A stretch of 46,791 nt of DNA, from NCBI GenBank assembly GCA_900128395.1, contig LT649278.1:1-46791 (forward strand). Reading direction: 5' to 3'. Below the pieces are notes generated by a model that worked only from the letters and a program-made list of their open reading frames with translations, did no database searches and had not been told where the DNA came from. This stretch comes from Stramenopiles sp. TOSAG23-2 (Eukaryota). The position numbers were made by a program, and so were the translations under genes. The number at the start of each line of letters is the position of its first letter. Within the stretch, counting starts at the first letter, position 1. Of the stretch, positions 19,801-31,405 are shown one piece after another.

Positions 19801-22266
19801 CGTCGCCGGACGTTGCTGATACCAGAATGCCAGTACCGGTTAACATGGCACGCTTAATCAATAGAGCAAAATTGCAATTTAGAAATGTAAATAACGTTTC
19901 AGAGCTCCATCCAAAAGAAGTCGTGAAAGATGTATTAGAATTATTCGAACGATTAATCATCGTGCCTGGAAGTGACAAATTATCCATCGAGGCACAGCAT
20001 AATAGTACGTTATTATTTAAAATATTGACTAGAATGTATTTAGCAAGTAAAGTAGTCATAAAAGAACATCGTTTAACATTGGCTGCTTGGAAATTTATTA
20101 TAGGTGAAATTGAATCCAAGTTTAACCGTGCGCGTTCAAACCCTGGTGAAGTTTGTGGTGTATTAGCAGCCCAGTCCATTGGTGAGCCTGCTACACAGAT
20201 GACACTGAACACTTTCCACAATGCTGGTATTGCATCGAAAAATGTGACTCTTGGGGTACCTCGTTTGAAGGAAGTTATCAATGTCAGTAAACGTATTAAA
20301 ACGCCTGGTGTTACTATTTATTTAAAGGAGGAGGATGAAGATGGCAAGAAAATTAGCTCTGTTCAAGAACGCGCGACGCAAGTACAGGCATCTTTAGCAT
20401 TTACAACCTTACGTGATATTACGTTATCGACTTCCATTATCTACGATCCAGTAGTTTTTGAGGAGGAAGATGGATTTAAAAAAATGGTATCATGTATTGA
20501 AGAACACAATGGTATGTTGGAAACGTGGTCTGAGGCACCAGATGATTGGCTTGATATGGAACGTGTAGAAGAAAGAGGTTATCTTTCGCCATGGGTGCTA
20601 CGGTTTGAATTAAATCAAGCTGCCATGTCTGGTAAACATTTAACCATGGCTGATGTAAAAGAAAAATTAATGGCTGAATTTGGTGAAATGTTTTTGATCA
20701 TTGTTGAAGAGTCATTAGATAGGAAGCAACTTGCGCTTATACGTCTTGTTCAAGAAGAGTATATGGACGGTGGTGGTGATGAGCAGAATTATGGTGATGA
20801 TGATGACGGCGGTAATAAAGAAGATTTTGCAGTAGATCACGATGAGTTGTTGAAACAAATCGAGTCGGAGTTATTAGACGAGGTTCAATTGTGCGGAATC
20901 TCTGGTATTGACAAAGTATACACACGTTTGGAGAAGAATGGTAAAACATATACCCATGGCAGTGGCTTTACTGAACGTCAAGAGTGGATTTTAGAGACGG
21001 ATGGAAGCAATTTATTAGAAGTATTAAGTCATCCGGATGTTGATCATACTCGAACTATTAGTAACGACGTATGCGAAATTGGAGACGTATTAGGTATCGA
21101 AGCTTGTCGTGGTTCGATATTAAAAGAAATTCAAACCATTCTTTCATCGTATGGTTTATATGTTAATTATCGACATTTAGCAATTTTAGTTGATGCTATG
21201 ACATCACGTGGGCATTTAATGTCTATTACTAGAAATGGAATCAATCGCGTTGATCACGGTGTATGGCAAAGAGCAACTTTCGAAGAAACCGTTGAAATTT
21301 TATTTGATGCTGCTGCCATGGCTGAAAGTAATACATTAAAGGGTGTCTCTGAAAACATTTTAATGGGACAACAATGTCCATTTGGTACTGGTATGTTTGA
21401 TTTAATATTAGATGAAAAAATGTTAATGGAAACTATTGAAGTACGTGGTGATGAAAATGTCAAGAAACCTAGCGCCGGCTATGGGAACGATTCATCATCG
21501 ACAACAGATAGTGATATAGATCCTGAGGAACCATGGATCTTAGATGATTCTGGCCAAACACCAAAAGTTAATATTGGTAGCATGACACCAATAATGGGTG
21601 GTGTAGGCAACCAAAGCACGCCGACCACCAATGGTGGCTTTGCTACACCAAAAATGACGGATAATGATAGTGGTGTAGAATGGAGCCCAGAACCAATGTT
21701 GGATACGAAATCACCTATGGTGTTCCAAGGATATGGAACGGAAGGAGGGATGAGTGGCAGCGGAAGTAGCGGGAATGAAGATTCGCCAATATATTCACCT
21801 GGTAGTGATGATGGTGGAGATAATTCTCCTGTATATAGTCCGACGAGCCCTCAATATAGTCCGACGAGCCCTCAATATAGTCCGACATCACCGGCTTATT
21901 CGCCAACTAGCCCAGCCGTATGTAAAAATCGATCACATGAAAAAATCAAAACATCCCAACAGTATTCGCCAACTAGTCCAGCTGTAGGTAGAACTCAATC
22001 AACACATTCGCATGAGAAAATCAAATCAAAATCTAACATAAAATTTTTTATTACATTCCAACAGTATTCGCCAACTAGTCCAGCTGTAGGTAGAACTCAA
22101 TTAACACATTCGCATGAGAAAATCAAATCAAAATCTAACATAAAATTTTTTATTACACCCCCAATAGTATTCGCCAACTAGCCCCGCATATTCCAGCGAA
22201 GATGGAAGCCCGCAGTTGGAAGTCACGCTTTCGCCAAATGTGGATAACAATAACAACAATAACTAA
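16836..22266 (+). CDS. RPB1: DNA-directed RNA polymerase II largest subunit; exons 16836-21917, 21963-21983, 22065-22085, 22168-22266
   Basis: Catalytic NADFDGDEMN, GKEGRVRGNLMGKR, FNRQPSLHKMS, TAETGYIQRRLVK, EPATQMTLNTFH and a CTD of YSPTSP(Q/A) heptads. Splicing three GT-AG introns gives seven tandem heptads, then YSSEDGSPQLEVTLSPNVDNNNNN and stop at 22266. Confidence 0.97.
21918..21962 (+). other. Spliceosomal intron 1 in RPB1 CTD (45 nt, phase 0)
   Basis: GTATGT...CCCAACAG placed exactly between two heptad codon blocks. It is in frame and has no obvious CTAAC branch motif, so retention cannot be excluded. Confidence 0.7.
21984..22064 (+). other. Spliceosomal intron 2 in RPB1 CTD (81 nt, phase 0)
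   Basis: GTAGGT donor, TCTAAC branch-like motif, TTCCAACAG acceptor, located between two 21-nt YSPTSPA exons. Confidence 0.85.
22086..22167 (+). other. Spliceosomal intron 3 in RPB1 CTD (82 nt, phase 0)
   Basis: GTAGGT donor, TCTAAC, CCCCAATAG acceptor. It is a near copy of intron 2 and must be removed to restore the heptad frame. Confidence 0.9.
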
Positions 22267-22823
22267 ATCTATGGCACGTATATAGAATTTGAATGGTATT
22301 ATCATGAAATCAATTGACCTTTGCATGCAATAACATTTTTAATCTTCTGTGAACATTTATGATATATTTATATGACAGCGCGTGGAAACTTTATTTAAAT
22401 TAAATTATTATTATTTATTTTTATATTACCTGGATTACCAAGTACAATTATTTTGTCTTCATCAAAAAACTTATAAATAATATTTTAAGGTGCAGGGTGA
22501 TTTGTTAAATTAATAAGATATTACTAATTGAACTAATATAATATTCTAGAAATATTATGTCCAACTCCCAAATTATTAATAAGCACACTATAATAGATAT
22601 TATATTATCATATGCATATGAATGTTGCACATATTTTAATATGATGTGCATATTATTATTTATTACTATAAAAAAATACTATACACAAGATTAATACCAA
22701 GTAATAGAATAAAGTTGAAAAGAACTACAATTGTACTATGTATATAACAATAATAAGAATAATAACAGCAACATATACATATATAGCATACCAATACTAA
22801 CAACAACAATAATACTACAAAAG

Positions 22824-24398
22824 ATGACATCGATACAAACGAAAAGTGAAGCGACTAATGGCAATATTCCAATAAACCAATCAGGGTATAATGCAGATTT
22901 TTTATCTCAAGCAATAGATATGCCAGTTAAATCATTTGAAGTACAAAATTTTGGTGCTGAAGGTGCAGGTGGAGGATTCGCAGGCGGTATTGTGTGCCGT
23001 TTTAAAAATATTGAATATGAAGGTAACAGTGATGAGGGCAATAGTAGACCGAAAACATTAATTTTAAAATGGTTAAATATGGCTAACGGTCCTACCAGTG
23101 GAGGGGCGCCCGGAATACCTTTTATTTCAAGACTTTTATTATTTTCGATATGTAAAATGGAGATGAATACTGAAGAAGTTCAAAGAAGAGAATATGATTT
23201 TTTCAATGGGAAATCATTGTTACAAGAAAAAATTGCTAATGCAGGGGTAAAATTACCAGATTGCTATGCATGCGATATGCTTGATTATGGTGATCCAAAT
23301 CTTTGTTGTATGGTCTGGTGCAATAAAAAAACAAATATGCGCAGGTATATGTTTTTCGGTGATATTACAGATGAAATGTAAGTATACAGTGTCTATAATA
23401 TAAAATAACATTTTTCCGTTGGCTGTGTCGTCTCTCTACTAAATTACTAACTATAATGGCACTAGTAGATAAAAAATGTCCTCTCTAACAATACCTCATC
23501 ACCATTTGTTCATATATGTGTATATATATATTATTATAATTAATACATACATGCTTCATTATATTATATAAAAAACACTATATTTTATTCCAGGGCTGAT
23601 AAATACGAAGTCACAAGTATGAACATTACAGAAAAACATATTGAAATTGCTATTAAAAATATGGCAAAAATACATGCCGTAAATTGGGGGAAAAAGAAAA
23701 ATTCAAAATTATTAAAAACAATTAAAAATACGTATTGGTATCCATGTGTCTTTGGTTGGACAAAAGTTTTAAATGATATGAAAAAAAAATATTCATTTCA
23801 GAAATATATTAATGAATATGGTAGTGAACGCACATATTTAGCAGAGAATAAAATATCTGAACCATTGGTACGATTGGAAACATTATATCGTGATAAAATT
23901 TCCACAATCCTTGAAAATCTTGATGATAAACAGACTATATTACATGGTGATTATCATTGTGGAAATATTATGTTTTTAAAAGATGTTGATGATGCGATCA
24001 TATTAGATTGGCAAATGTATGGCCATGGACATTTTGCATATGAATTTGTATATTTTGTTTATTCAGCATTAGCAAATGCACCATATGTAGATAGAACACG
24101 AACATTTAATTATTTAAAATTATATTATGATGAATTAATCCAATTGGATGATGGTACAATTAACAAAGAATTGACATGGGAAGAAGCCAAAAGAGTCTTT
24201 GTCTGTGTATGTTTGGAGTTGTTTGTATGGGTTATAGCAATTTATAGGGCTGATATTAAGAAACGAAATGTTCGAGATGCTGAAAACAAACGTGATAAAC
24301 GATTTGTTGAAGTAAATGGTGTATTAGATAAACGTGATGAAAATTTTACATTATTTGTTGTCGATTTGATGAATAATTTGAAGGAATATGGGTTGTAA
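22824..24398 (+). CDS. Ecdysteroid-kinase-like / choline-kinase-like phosphotransferase (APH/EcKL fold); exons 22824-23377 and 23594-24398
   Basis: Motifs TLILK, REYDFF, LPDCY, MAKIHA, TILHGDYHCGNIMF and ILDWQ. The two ORFs join in frame across a GTAAGT...TTCCAG intron (AT|G = Met). First ATG is at 22824. Confidence 0.85.
23378..23593 (+). other. Spliceosomal intron (216 nt, phase 2)
   Basis: GTAAGT at 23378 and TTTTATTCCAG ending at 23593. Removal fuses ORFs 22731-23381 and 23619-24398 in frame. Confidence 0.9.
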
Positions 24399-25116
24399 AT
24401 TTATATAATTATAATTTCGCGCCGACAGTATCACAGATTTAATCAAATGCTAGTACGCAAATATTTTTATGATATAAGTGCTTCATATTATATTTTACCG
24501 TCTTGAGGATTGTAAACTTATTCCAAAATATTAATTGTACACATTGATTGTGCAACATCAGGCCCAATTCGCTATAAATACGAGTGCCAATATTAAGTAA
24601 TAACTCTATTAAATATTATGTAAGACTATCGATATAGCACTATTTATATGCTACATACTAAAGTTAAAAAAAAGCTGTCATTCACAAAAGTATTGGCGCA
24701 TCATCATTACCTTATTGAAATTATAGCGTCGAGATTTTAGGAGGAGATTTCGGAACCAGGAGGACCTCTCTGAAATCAGAATTGTATTTAATATATGAAT
24801 TTAATACTGTTAAAGATATTTATATCCTATTAAAACTTGTAATATTATAAGATACAAATATAGTATTAAATTTCCTCCCGATCAGCATAGCCGAAAAAAC
24901 GCATTCTTTGGCACATATTTTCAAAATCCCAGAGTAACCCAAATAGAATGTTCATATATTAATTAATATAATAGATATCATACATATAGAAAAGGGAATA
25001 TATAAATAGAATCATCGTCCTCCTCATCATATTATAATTATTATTATATTACAACGACGAGTAAATTATTAAATATTTTACAACTAGAAACAAATATACA
25101 TATATATACATAAAAG

Positions 25117-28100
25117 ATGACATCCATTGTGGAACCAAATCGTAAAAAACAAAAAACAATACACCCTGCATTAAAACATGCAGCAATATTGGCAAATGGT
25201 CCAGCTTATAAAGGTGTACCACCACCAAGTGGTGATATTGCTAAATTAAATGCAAACGAAATGAGTTATGGACCTCATCCAGAAATTATCAAAGCATCAC
25301 AAGATGCAATTAAATCATTTCATGTTTACCCCGATCCTGGACAAAATGATTTAAGACAAGCTATTGCAAAGACACATCCTGGATTTTCCAAAGAGGAAGT
25401 CGTTGCTGGCTCTGGTAGTGATGATATGTTAGATGTAATATTGCGTGTAATTAAACCAAAACGTGCTATTCATTTAACACCAACGTTTGGAATGTACAAC
25501 GCGCTATGTGGATTGCACGACATTCCTATGGTTAATATCCCACGCGATGATAAAAATAATTTCAAAATCAATGTACAAAAAATTGTGAAAGAATCTGATG
25601 AAACAACTATTATTTTCCTAGCAAATCCAAACAATCCAACTGGAACTATGACAAGTGAAGAAGAAATTGAAATTTTAGCAAAGACGGGTGCGTTAGTAGT
25701 TGTTGATGAAGCATATATTGAATTCGTGGAATCGTTGAATAGCATTGTTGCACCATCATTAAGTTTAGTGAAAAAATACCAAAATGTTGTCGTCATGCGA
25801 ACGTTATCCAAATGGGCTGGTTTAGCTGGATTACGAATTGGATATGCATTGGCTGATCCAATTATCATCAGTGCTATGATGATTGCAAAGCAACCTTACA
25901 ATGTAAATTGTACTGCGGAAAAAACTGCAATTAAAGCATTGGAAATGAAACAAATGTTAGTGGAAGATAAATCTTCGAATGTATTTAAAGTTGCAGAAGG
26001 TGCAAAAGTATTACAAGCAAAGCTAAATGAGAAAGAATGGTTAACACCAACACCAACAGAATCGAATTTTGTATTATGTCGTGTACATGGTTTCAATGCA
26101 AAACATGTTGCTGCAGTACTTAAATCGCATGATGTTTGGATACGTTTTTTTGGCAGTCAAGGTGGTGCGTTGGAACGTTACATTCGTGTAAGTGTCGGTA
26201 CACCGCGTGATATGGAGCGATTTCATAATGCTTTGGAAATGGTCCCGAATGAAAGTGAGTTAGTAAATGATTTTTCTATGGCAAATAAGAATGTAAAAGC
26301 ATTAATATTTGATATGGATGGTGTCCTTGCTGATGTAAAAGCAAGTTATAGAGCAGCAATTATTGAAACATGTAAATTTTTTAATGTGAATATAAGCAAT
26401 GAAGACATCAATGACATGAAGGCAAAAGGTGATGCAAATAATGATTGGGTTGTTTCACATCGATTGATCATGAATAATAATATTGGTGGTGGTGGTGCTA
26501 CGGTGGAATATGAAGATGTTAAAAACAAATTCCAAGAACTTTATCTTGGTGGATTACGTGATACGGAAACATTAATACCAAGTAAACAAATGTTACTTGA
26601 TTTAGCTGAGAAATATCCATGTGCAATTGTTACTGGCAGACCACGGGATGATTGTGATTATTTTTTAAAATTAGTAGGTTTAGATCAAGTGTTTACAAAA
26701 TGTGTATGTATGGAAGATACTGAAAAACCGAAGCCAGATCCAGCACCTGTACAAATGGCATTAAAATTGCTTGGCATTGAGAATGTTAGCAAGACAAATA
26801 TGCGGGATGATATTTATATGTTTGGGGATACGGTTGATGATATACGAGCATCAACTGCTGCGGGTATTGTTGGTGTCGGTGTCAAGTTGCCAGAAGGATC
26901 GGAAAAAACAGCACGTTTATTAGCTACCTCCGGTGCAGATATCGTATTAAATCATGGGATGGATGCGTTGAATGTTTTATTAGTAGGTAACGATCGTAAC
27001 AGTAAAAAGCAAACGAAAATAGATAAATCTACTGATTCAAGTTTGCCATTACAGCGTTTTACTGCTACTCAAGTTTTAAACAAAGAAAAAAGCTTATGGC
27101 GTGCATCTACCAATCCAAAAATTGAACAAGCTGCTGTGGACATAGTAAGGGATGTGGAAAAGAATGGGGAAACTGCATTGTTAAAATATTCAGTGCGTTT
27201 TGGTGATTTGCCAAGTGAATCTACACCATATTTATTACGAAATGGACCAAATGTAGAAAAAAATGAATTGAAAGCAGCATATGATAGAATATCGGATGAG
27301 ACACGATCATTATTAAATCGTTCTGCACAACGTGTAAGAGAATTTGCACAAGGACAAAAAGATTCATTGAAACAATTTAATATGGATATTCAAGGTGGAA
27401 AAGCTGGCCATACGGTACGGGCAGTAAAAAATGCAGGATGCTATGCACCTGGCGGTAGATATCCATTGCCATCATCTGTTCTAATGACAGTCATACCGGC
27501 ACGTGTGGCTGGTTGTGAAACTGTCGTAGTTGCAAGCCCACGCCCAACAGATGAAACATTGGCAGCAGCATATGTAGCAGGTGCAGATTATGTTTTAACG
27601 ATTGGGGGAGCACAAGCAATTGCTGCTATGGCATATGGTGTAGGAAATATACCAGAATGTGATATTGTCGTCGGTCCAGGAAATGCTTTTGTAACTGCAG
27701 CGAAGAAAACCGTTTTTGGAAAAGTTGGTATTGATATGTTAGCAGGACCATCTGAGGTATTAGTTTTAGCAGATGAATTTGCCAAGCCAGATATTGTAGC
27801 AGCTGATTTAATAGCACAAGCTGAGCATGATACCGCTGCATCAAGCGTATTAATTTCAACTTCATTGGAATTAATTGAAAAAGTTGAGAAAGAATTATTT
27901 AAACAATTGTCTGTTTTGTCAACAGCTGATGTTGCACGTGCATCTTTAGTAAAAAATGGCTTTGGTGTTTGCGTTAAAGATTTAGAAGAAGGTATTAAAG
28001 TTTGTGATATGCTAGCACCGGAACATTTAGAGGTTCATACTGCTAATCCACAAGATGTTGCTAATAAATTAAAAGCATATGGTGCCGTATTTATTGGTGA

Positions 28101-28335
28101 ACAATGTGCGGAAGTTACAGGTGATTATGCTAGTGGTCCAAATCATACATTGCCAACTAGTGGGACTGCTCGTTTCTCCGGCGGGTTAAGCGTTTTAACA
28201 TTTCTTTGTGTACGAACATATATGTCATTTGATGATGCTGTAAAATCTCGACCATTGATAGAAGATGCAGTTGCCTTTGCAAAAATAGAAGGTTTGGCTG
28301 GACATGGCGCAGCTGCAAAGATTCGATTGCCATAA
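25117..28335 (+). CDS. Trifunctional histidine biosynthesis protein: histidinol-phosphate aminotransferase (HisC) + HAD-family phosphatase (putative histidinol-phosphate phosphatase) + histidinol dehydrogenase (HisD)
   Basis: HisC: KLNANE, YPDP, GSGSDD, ANPNNPTG, VVVDEAY, RTLSKWAGLAGLRIGY. HAD: IFDMDGVLADVKASYRAAI, NNDW, IVTGRP, KPDP, MFGDTVDD. HisD: GCYAPGG, PSSVLM, GGAQAIAAMAYG, GPGNAFV, IDMLAGPSE, AQAEHD, APEHLE, GDYASGPNHTLPT. Confidence 0.92.
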   Translation: MTSIVEPNRKKQKTIHPALKHAAILANGPAYKGVPPPSGDIAKLNANEMSYGPHPEIIKASQDAIKSFHVYPDPGQNDLRQAIAKTHPGFSKEEVVAGSGSDDMLDVILRVIKPKRAIHLTPTFGMYNALCGLHDIPMVNIPRDDKNNFKINVQKIVKESDETTIIFLANPNNPTGTMTSEEEIEILAKTGALVVVDEAYIEFVESLNSIVAPSLSLVKKYQNVVVMRTLSKWAGLAGLRIGYALADPIIISAMMIAKQPYNVNCTAEKTAIKALEMKQMLVEDKSSNVFKVAEGAKVLQAKLNEKEWLTPTPTESNFVLCRVHGFNAKHVAAVLKSHDVWIRFFGSQGGALERYIRVSVGTPRDMERFHNALEMVPNESELVNDFSMANKNVKALIFDMDGVLADVKASYRAAIIETCKFFNVNISNEDINDMKAKGDANNDWVVSHRLIMNNNIGGGGATVEYEDVKNKFQELYLGGLRDTETLIPSKQMLLDLAEKYPCAIVTGRPRDDCDYFLKLVGLDQVFTKCVCMEDTEKPKPDPAPVQMALKLLGIENVSKTNMRDDIYMFGDTVDDIRASTAAGIVGVGVKLPEGSEKTARLLATSGADIVLNHGMDALNVLLVGNDRNSKKQTKIDKSTDSSLPLQRFTATQVLNKEKSLWRASTNPKIEQAAVDIVRDVEKNGETALLKYSVRFGDLPSESTPYLLRNGPNVEKNELKAAYDRISDETRSLLNRSAQRVREFAQGQKDSLKQFNMDIQGGKAGHTVRAVKNAGCYAPGGRYPLPSSVLMTVIPARVAGCETVVVASPRPTDETLAAAYVAGADYVLTIGGAQAIAAMAYGVGNIPECDIVVGPGNAFVTAAKKTVFGKVGIDMLAGPSEVLVLADEFAKPDIVAADLIAQAEHDTAASSVLISTSLELIEKVEKELFKQLSVLSTADVARASLVKNGFGVCVKDLEEGIKVCDMLAPEHLEVHTANPQDVANKLKAYGAVFIGEQCAEVTGDYASGPNHTLPTSGTARFSGGLSVLTFLCVRTYMSFDDAVKSRPLIEDAVAFAKIEGLAGHGAAAKIRLP

Positions 28336-28577
28336 AAATTTTGTAATATTTTCAATTGTCACCTTAAAAGCCTATACGGAAATAGTGTACATATTAAAAT
28401 CAGAGTGAATTCTCTACGTTAAAATTATACGTAAAATATTTATTTTAATTAGTTTAAGGAAGTTTATATTGGGAAACAAATTTACGTAATGCTATTTCTC
28501 TATCTATTAAGCTATAAATTAAAATATTCCTTCTCCCTTTAAAAATTAAAAATATTATAATATATATTTTTAATGTT

Positions 28578-31405
28578 TTATAAATTTTGAAATTCATCAT
28601 GTGTAAGCATTTCAATAGCTTCCTCATCTGCTTCCTTCTCTTCCCCATCTTCAAATTTATCATTAGCAGCTTTTTCATACCATTCTTTTGCTTGTTTTAA
28701 ATCTTTTTTGATACCATAACCATAATGATACATATTGCCAAGTAAACGTTGAACTTCAGATAAATTTTCATAATAACGTTTTTCCCACTTCTTTACTAAT
28801 TGTGAAAATAATTCAAATGCCTTTTTATAATTTTTTCTTACACCTTCACCATTTTTATACATTATACCTAGTAAATGTTGAGCATTGGCGTCTGTACGAT
28901 AATGGCCTTCATGAGACCCTACTGCTTTTTTGAAATATTCAAATGCTTTTTTATCATCTTTTATAACACCTTCACCATTTCTATACATTTTACCAAGCTG
29001 AATTTGACTCCAACGGATGTAAATTTTATCTTTGCCTATTTCAATTGCTTTGGTGTAATATTCAAAGGCTTTAGTATAATTTTGTGGCATTTCATCTCTT
29101 TCATAGTACAATTCAGCTAGCAAATACTCATATTTACCACTCTTGCAGTGATCTGCTGCTTTTTGATACCATTCTTCTACTTTTTCATAATCTTTTGTAA
29201 CATATTGACCATGTAGATACATCTCGCCAATATAACACATACTACTTGAATCTTTACAATGCTGTGCTGATTTTGTGAAAAATTCAAAAGCAACTTTATA
29301 ATTTATGGTACACCCAGCCATTCCATAAAGATAATACCAACCAATTCTAGACAGTAAGCCAGAATTTTGCTCTGTTGCTTTTGTCAGCCATTCCAATGCT
29401 TTTTTTTCATCTTTTGGAAAACTATCACCACAACCTTTTTCATACATCTCACCAATTGCTTGGGAACTCTCAGCATATCCTTGTTCAGATGCTTTTTTAT
29501 ACCATTCCAAAGCTTTATTATAATTCTTTGTGATAAAATCTATCCCACCACAAAAATACAGAGCAATTGCATATTGACCTTGCGCAAATCCTTGTTCCGC
29601 AGATTTTTTATACCATTCGAATGCTTTTTTATCATCTTTTGCAACACTGTCTCCATACATACGAGGACTATATGCTTCACCAAGATAATATTGACCAATT
29701 GCTGATCCTTGTTTTGCTGATTTCATCAACAAATCAAATGCTTTCTTATTGTCTTGTTTTACACCATGACCATCACAATAGCATCTACCAAGCCAACATT
29801 CACCATATGCATCTCCTTGTTCTGCTGATTTACTAAAATAATCAAATGCTTTTTTATCATTATCTTTATATCCGAAACCTTTTAAAGGCTCGATTTGAAT
29901 ATAATGCAAAAAACCAAGTATATTTTGTGATAAACTATCATTTTTATTATTTTCATAATATTTAGTAATAATATTATATCCTTTTTCAGCATCTTTAATA
30001 AAATTACCAAATCCAAAAACATGACATAGACCAATTGCAAGATCAAATCCACTATATGCAGATATTTCAATCATTGTTTGATATTGAAGTGGTATAAATA
30101 TCTGTGAATCGTAGTCATATTTGCGAATTAAATGAAGAAATCCATTCATCATCAATTCACGTGTACCAACAGATAAATCAATACTAACATTATTATTATT
30201 ATTATCAATCTTATTTTTACGACGTTTTTTTCTTCTGGATGTAGATGATGATGAAGAAGATGAGCTGGTAGTACTACTATTGCTGCTGCCATCAGCATTA
30301 TTGTTTATCTCATCCACACCTTTTCGTTTTTTACCTGTTACATTATTGCTATTACTAATGTCTTTACCAACAGCGTCCTTCACATTCTTAATTTTCAATT
30401 CAATAATTTCATTCATTTTTTTCAATATTTCAAGTTTTTGTTTATTTATTAATAATGATTTCTTCACTACTTCAAAATTCAGTTTTGCTTCATCATATGC
30501 TTTTTCTGATTGAATATATTCATTTTTCAATTTTACGCTATTGAAATGCTTACACATGATGAATTTCAAAATTTATATTCAAAATTCAGTTTTGCTTCAT
30601 CATATGCTTTTTCTGATTGAATATATTCATTTTTCAATTTTACGCTATTTTCCTCCTCTGATTTTATCATTAAAGATTGACAATCTTTGATAGCATTATA
30701 TTTATTTAATTCATCAGCTTTTTTATTTAAGAAAAGTGCAATTTCAGATTCAAGGACACTAAACGATGATACTACCTCTGTAGTTAAAAGTGAATTAGAA
30801 TCAATGTACTTTTTCCATTTATTAATTTTTTCACTTGTCACTAAGACTTTTGGACTTGATTGTACAAGGTTTGCAATCTTTGATATGGTTTCAATCACAT
30901 TATTCGTTGTCTCTGATGTTAGCATTTCACCCTCAATCGTCCTCAACGCTTTATTGAAATCAATGCCATTTTTATTTTTTTGTTGCCACGATGATATCAT
31001 ACTTTTTACCATATGATTTGGTGTTAACATATGATTATTTAAAATAGCACCAGTTAAAGGAGATCTAACAGGTTGACCTTCTTTTGTTGCAATCCATTTT
31101 TCAATAGATTCACGCATATGATTTGGTGTTAACATATGATTATTTAAAATAGCACCAGTTAAAGGAGATCTAACAGGTTGACCTTCTTTTGTTGCAATCC
31201 ATTTTTCAATAGATTCACGTTCATATGTTTGCCCATCTGATGCTATAACAGGCTCTTTAAATATTTCACCACTAATTGAGCATATAAAATGTTCTGGTGT
31301 TGGCACTTGCATACCACCAGTATCTTGACTATTTGAAATTGACGTCGTCGCCGTGGTGGAATTCGTCGTCGTCGTTGTGGTTGTTGTTGTTGGCATCATC
31401 ATCAT
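28578..31405 (-). pseudogene. U-box + coiled-coil + SEL1-repeat protein, copy A; interrupted (ORFs 31405-30566 and 30569-28578)
   Basis: U-box (PEHFICSISGEIFKEPVIASDGQTYERESIEKW...SPLTG...LTPN) and many SEL1 repeats (LGxMYxxGxGVxxDxKKAFEYF). The frame is broken by a 107-bp insertion at 30543-30649, and there is an in-frame 105-bp duplication in the U-box. Could be an intact gene that was mis-assembled. Confidence 0.75.

Noticed and set aside
21918-22181. ORF-track C-terminus of RPB1 (VCKNRSHEK...PPIVFAN)
   Set aside because: This is read-through of GT-AG introns. Splicing restores heptads and a stop at 22266.
1609-22266. Apparent functional cluster of mRNA-processing genes (SRPK, SF3B6-like, TTC5, RPB1)
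   Set aside because: Mixed orientations and interspersed unrelated genes. Such proximity is plausible by chance in a compact genome without synteny data.
22731-22823. TTG-initiated N-terminal extension of the kinase-like gene
   Set aside because: Low-complexity AT-rich sequence typical of a 5' UTR. The first ATG at 22824 is the more plausible eukaryotic start.
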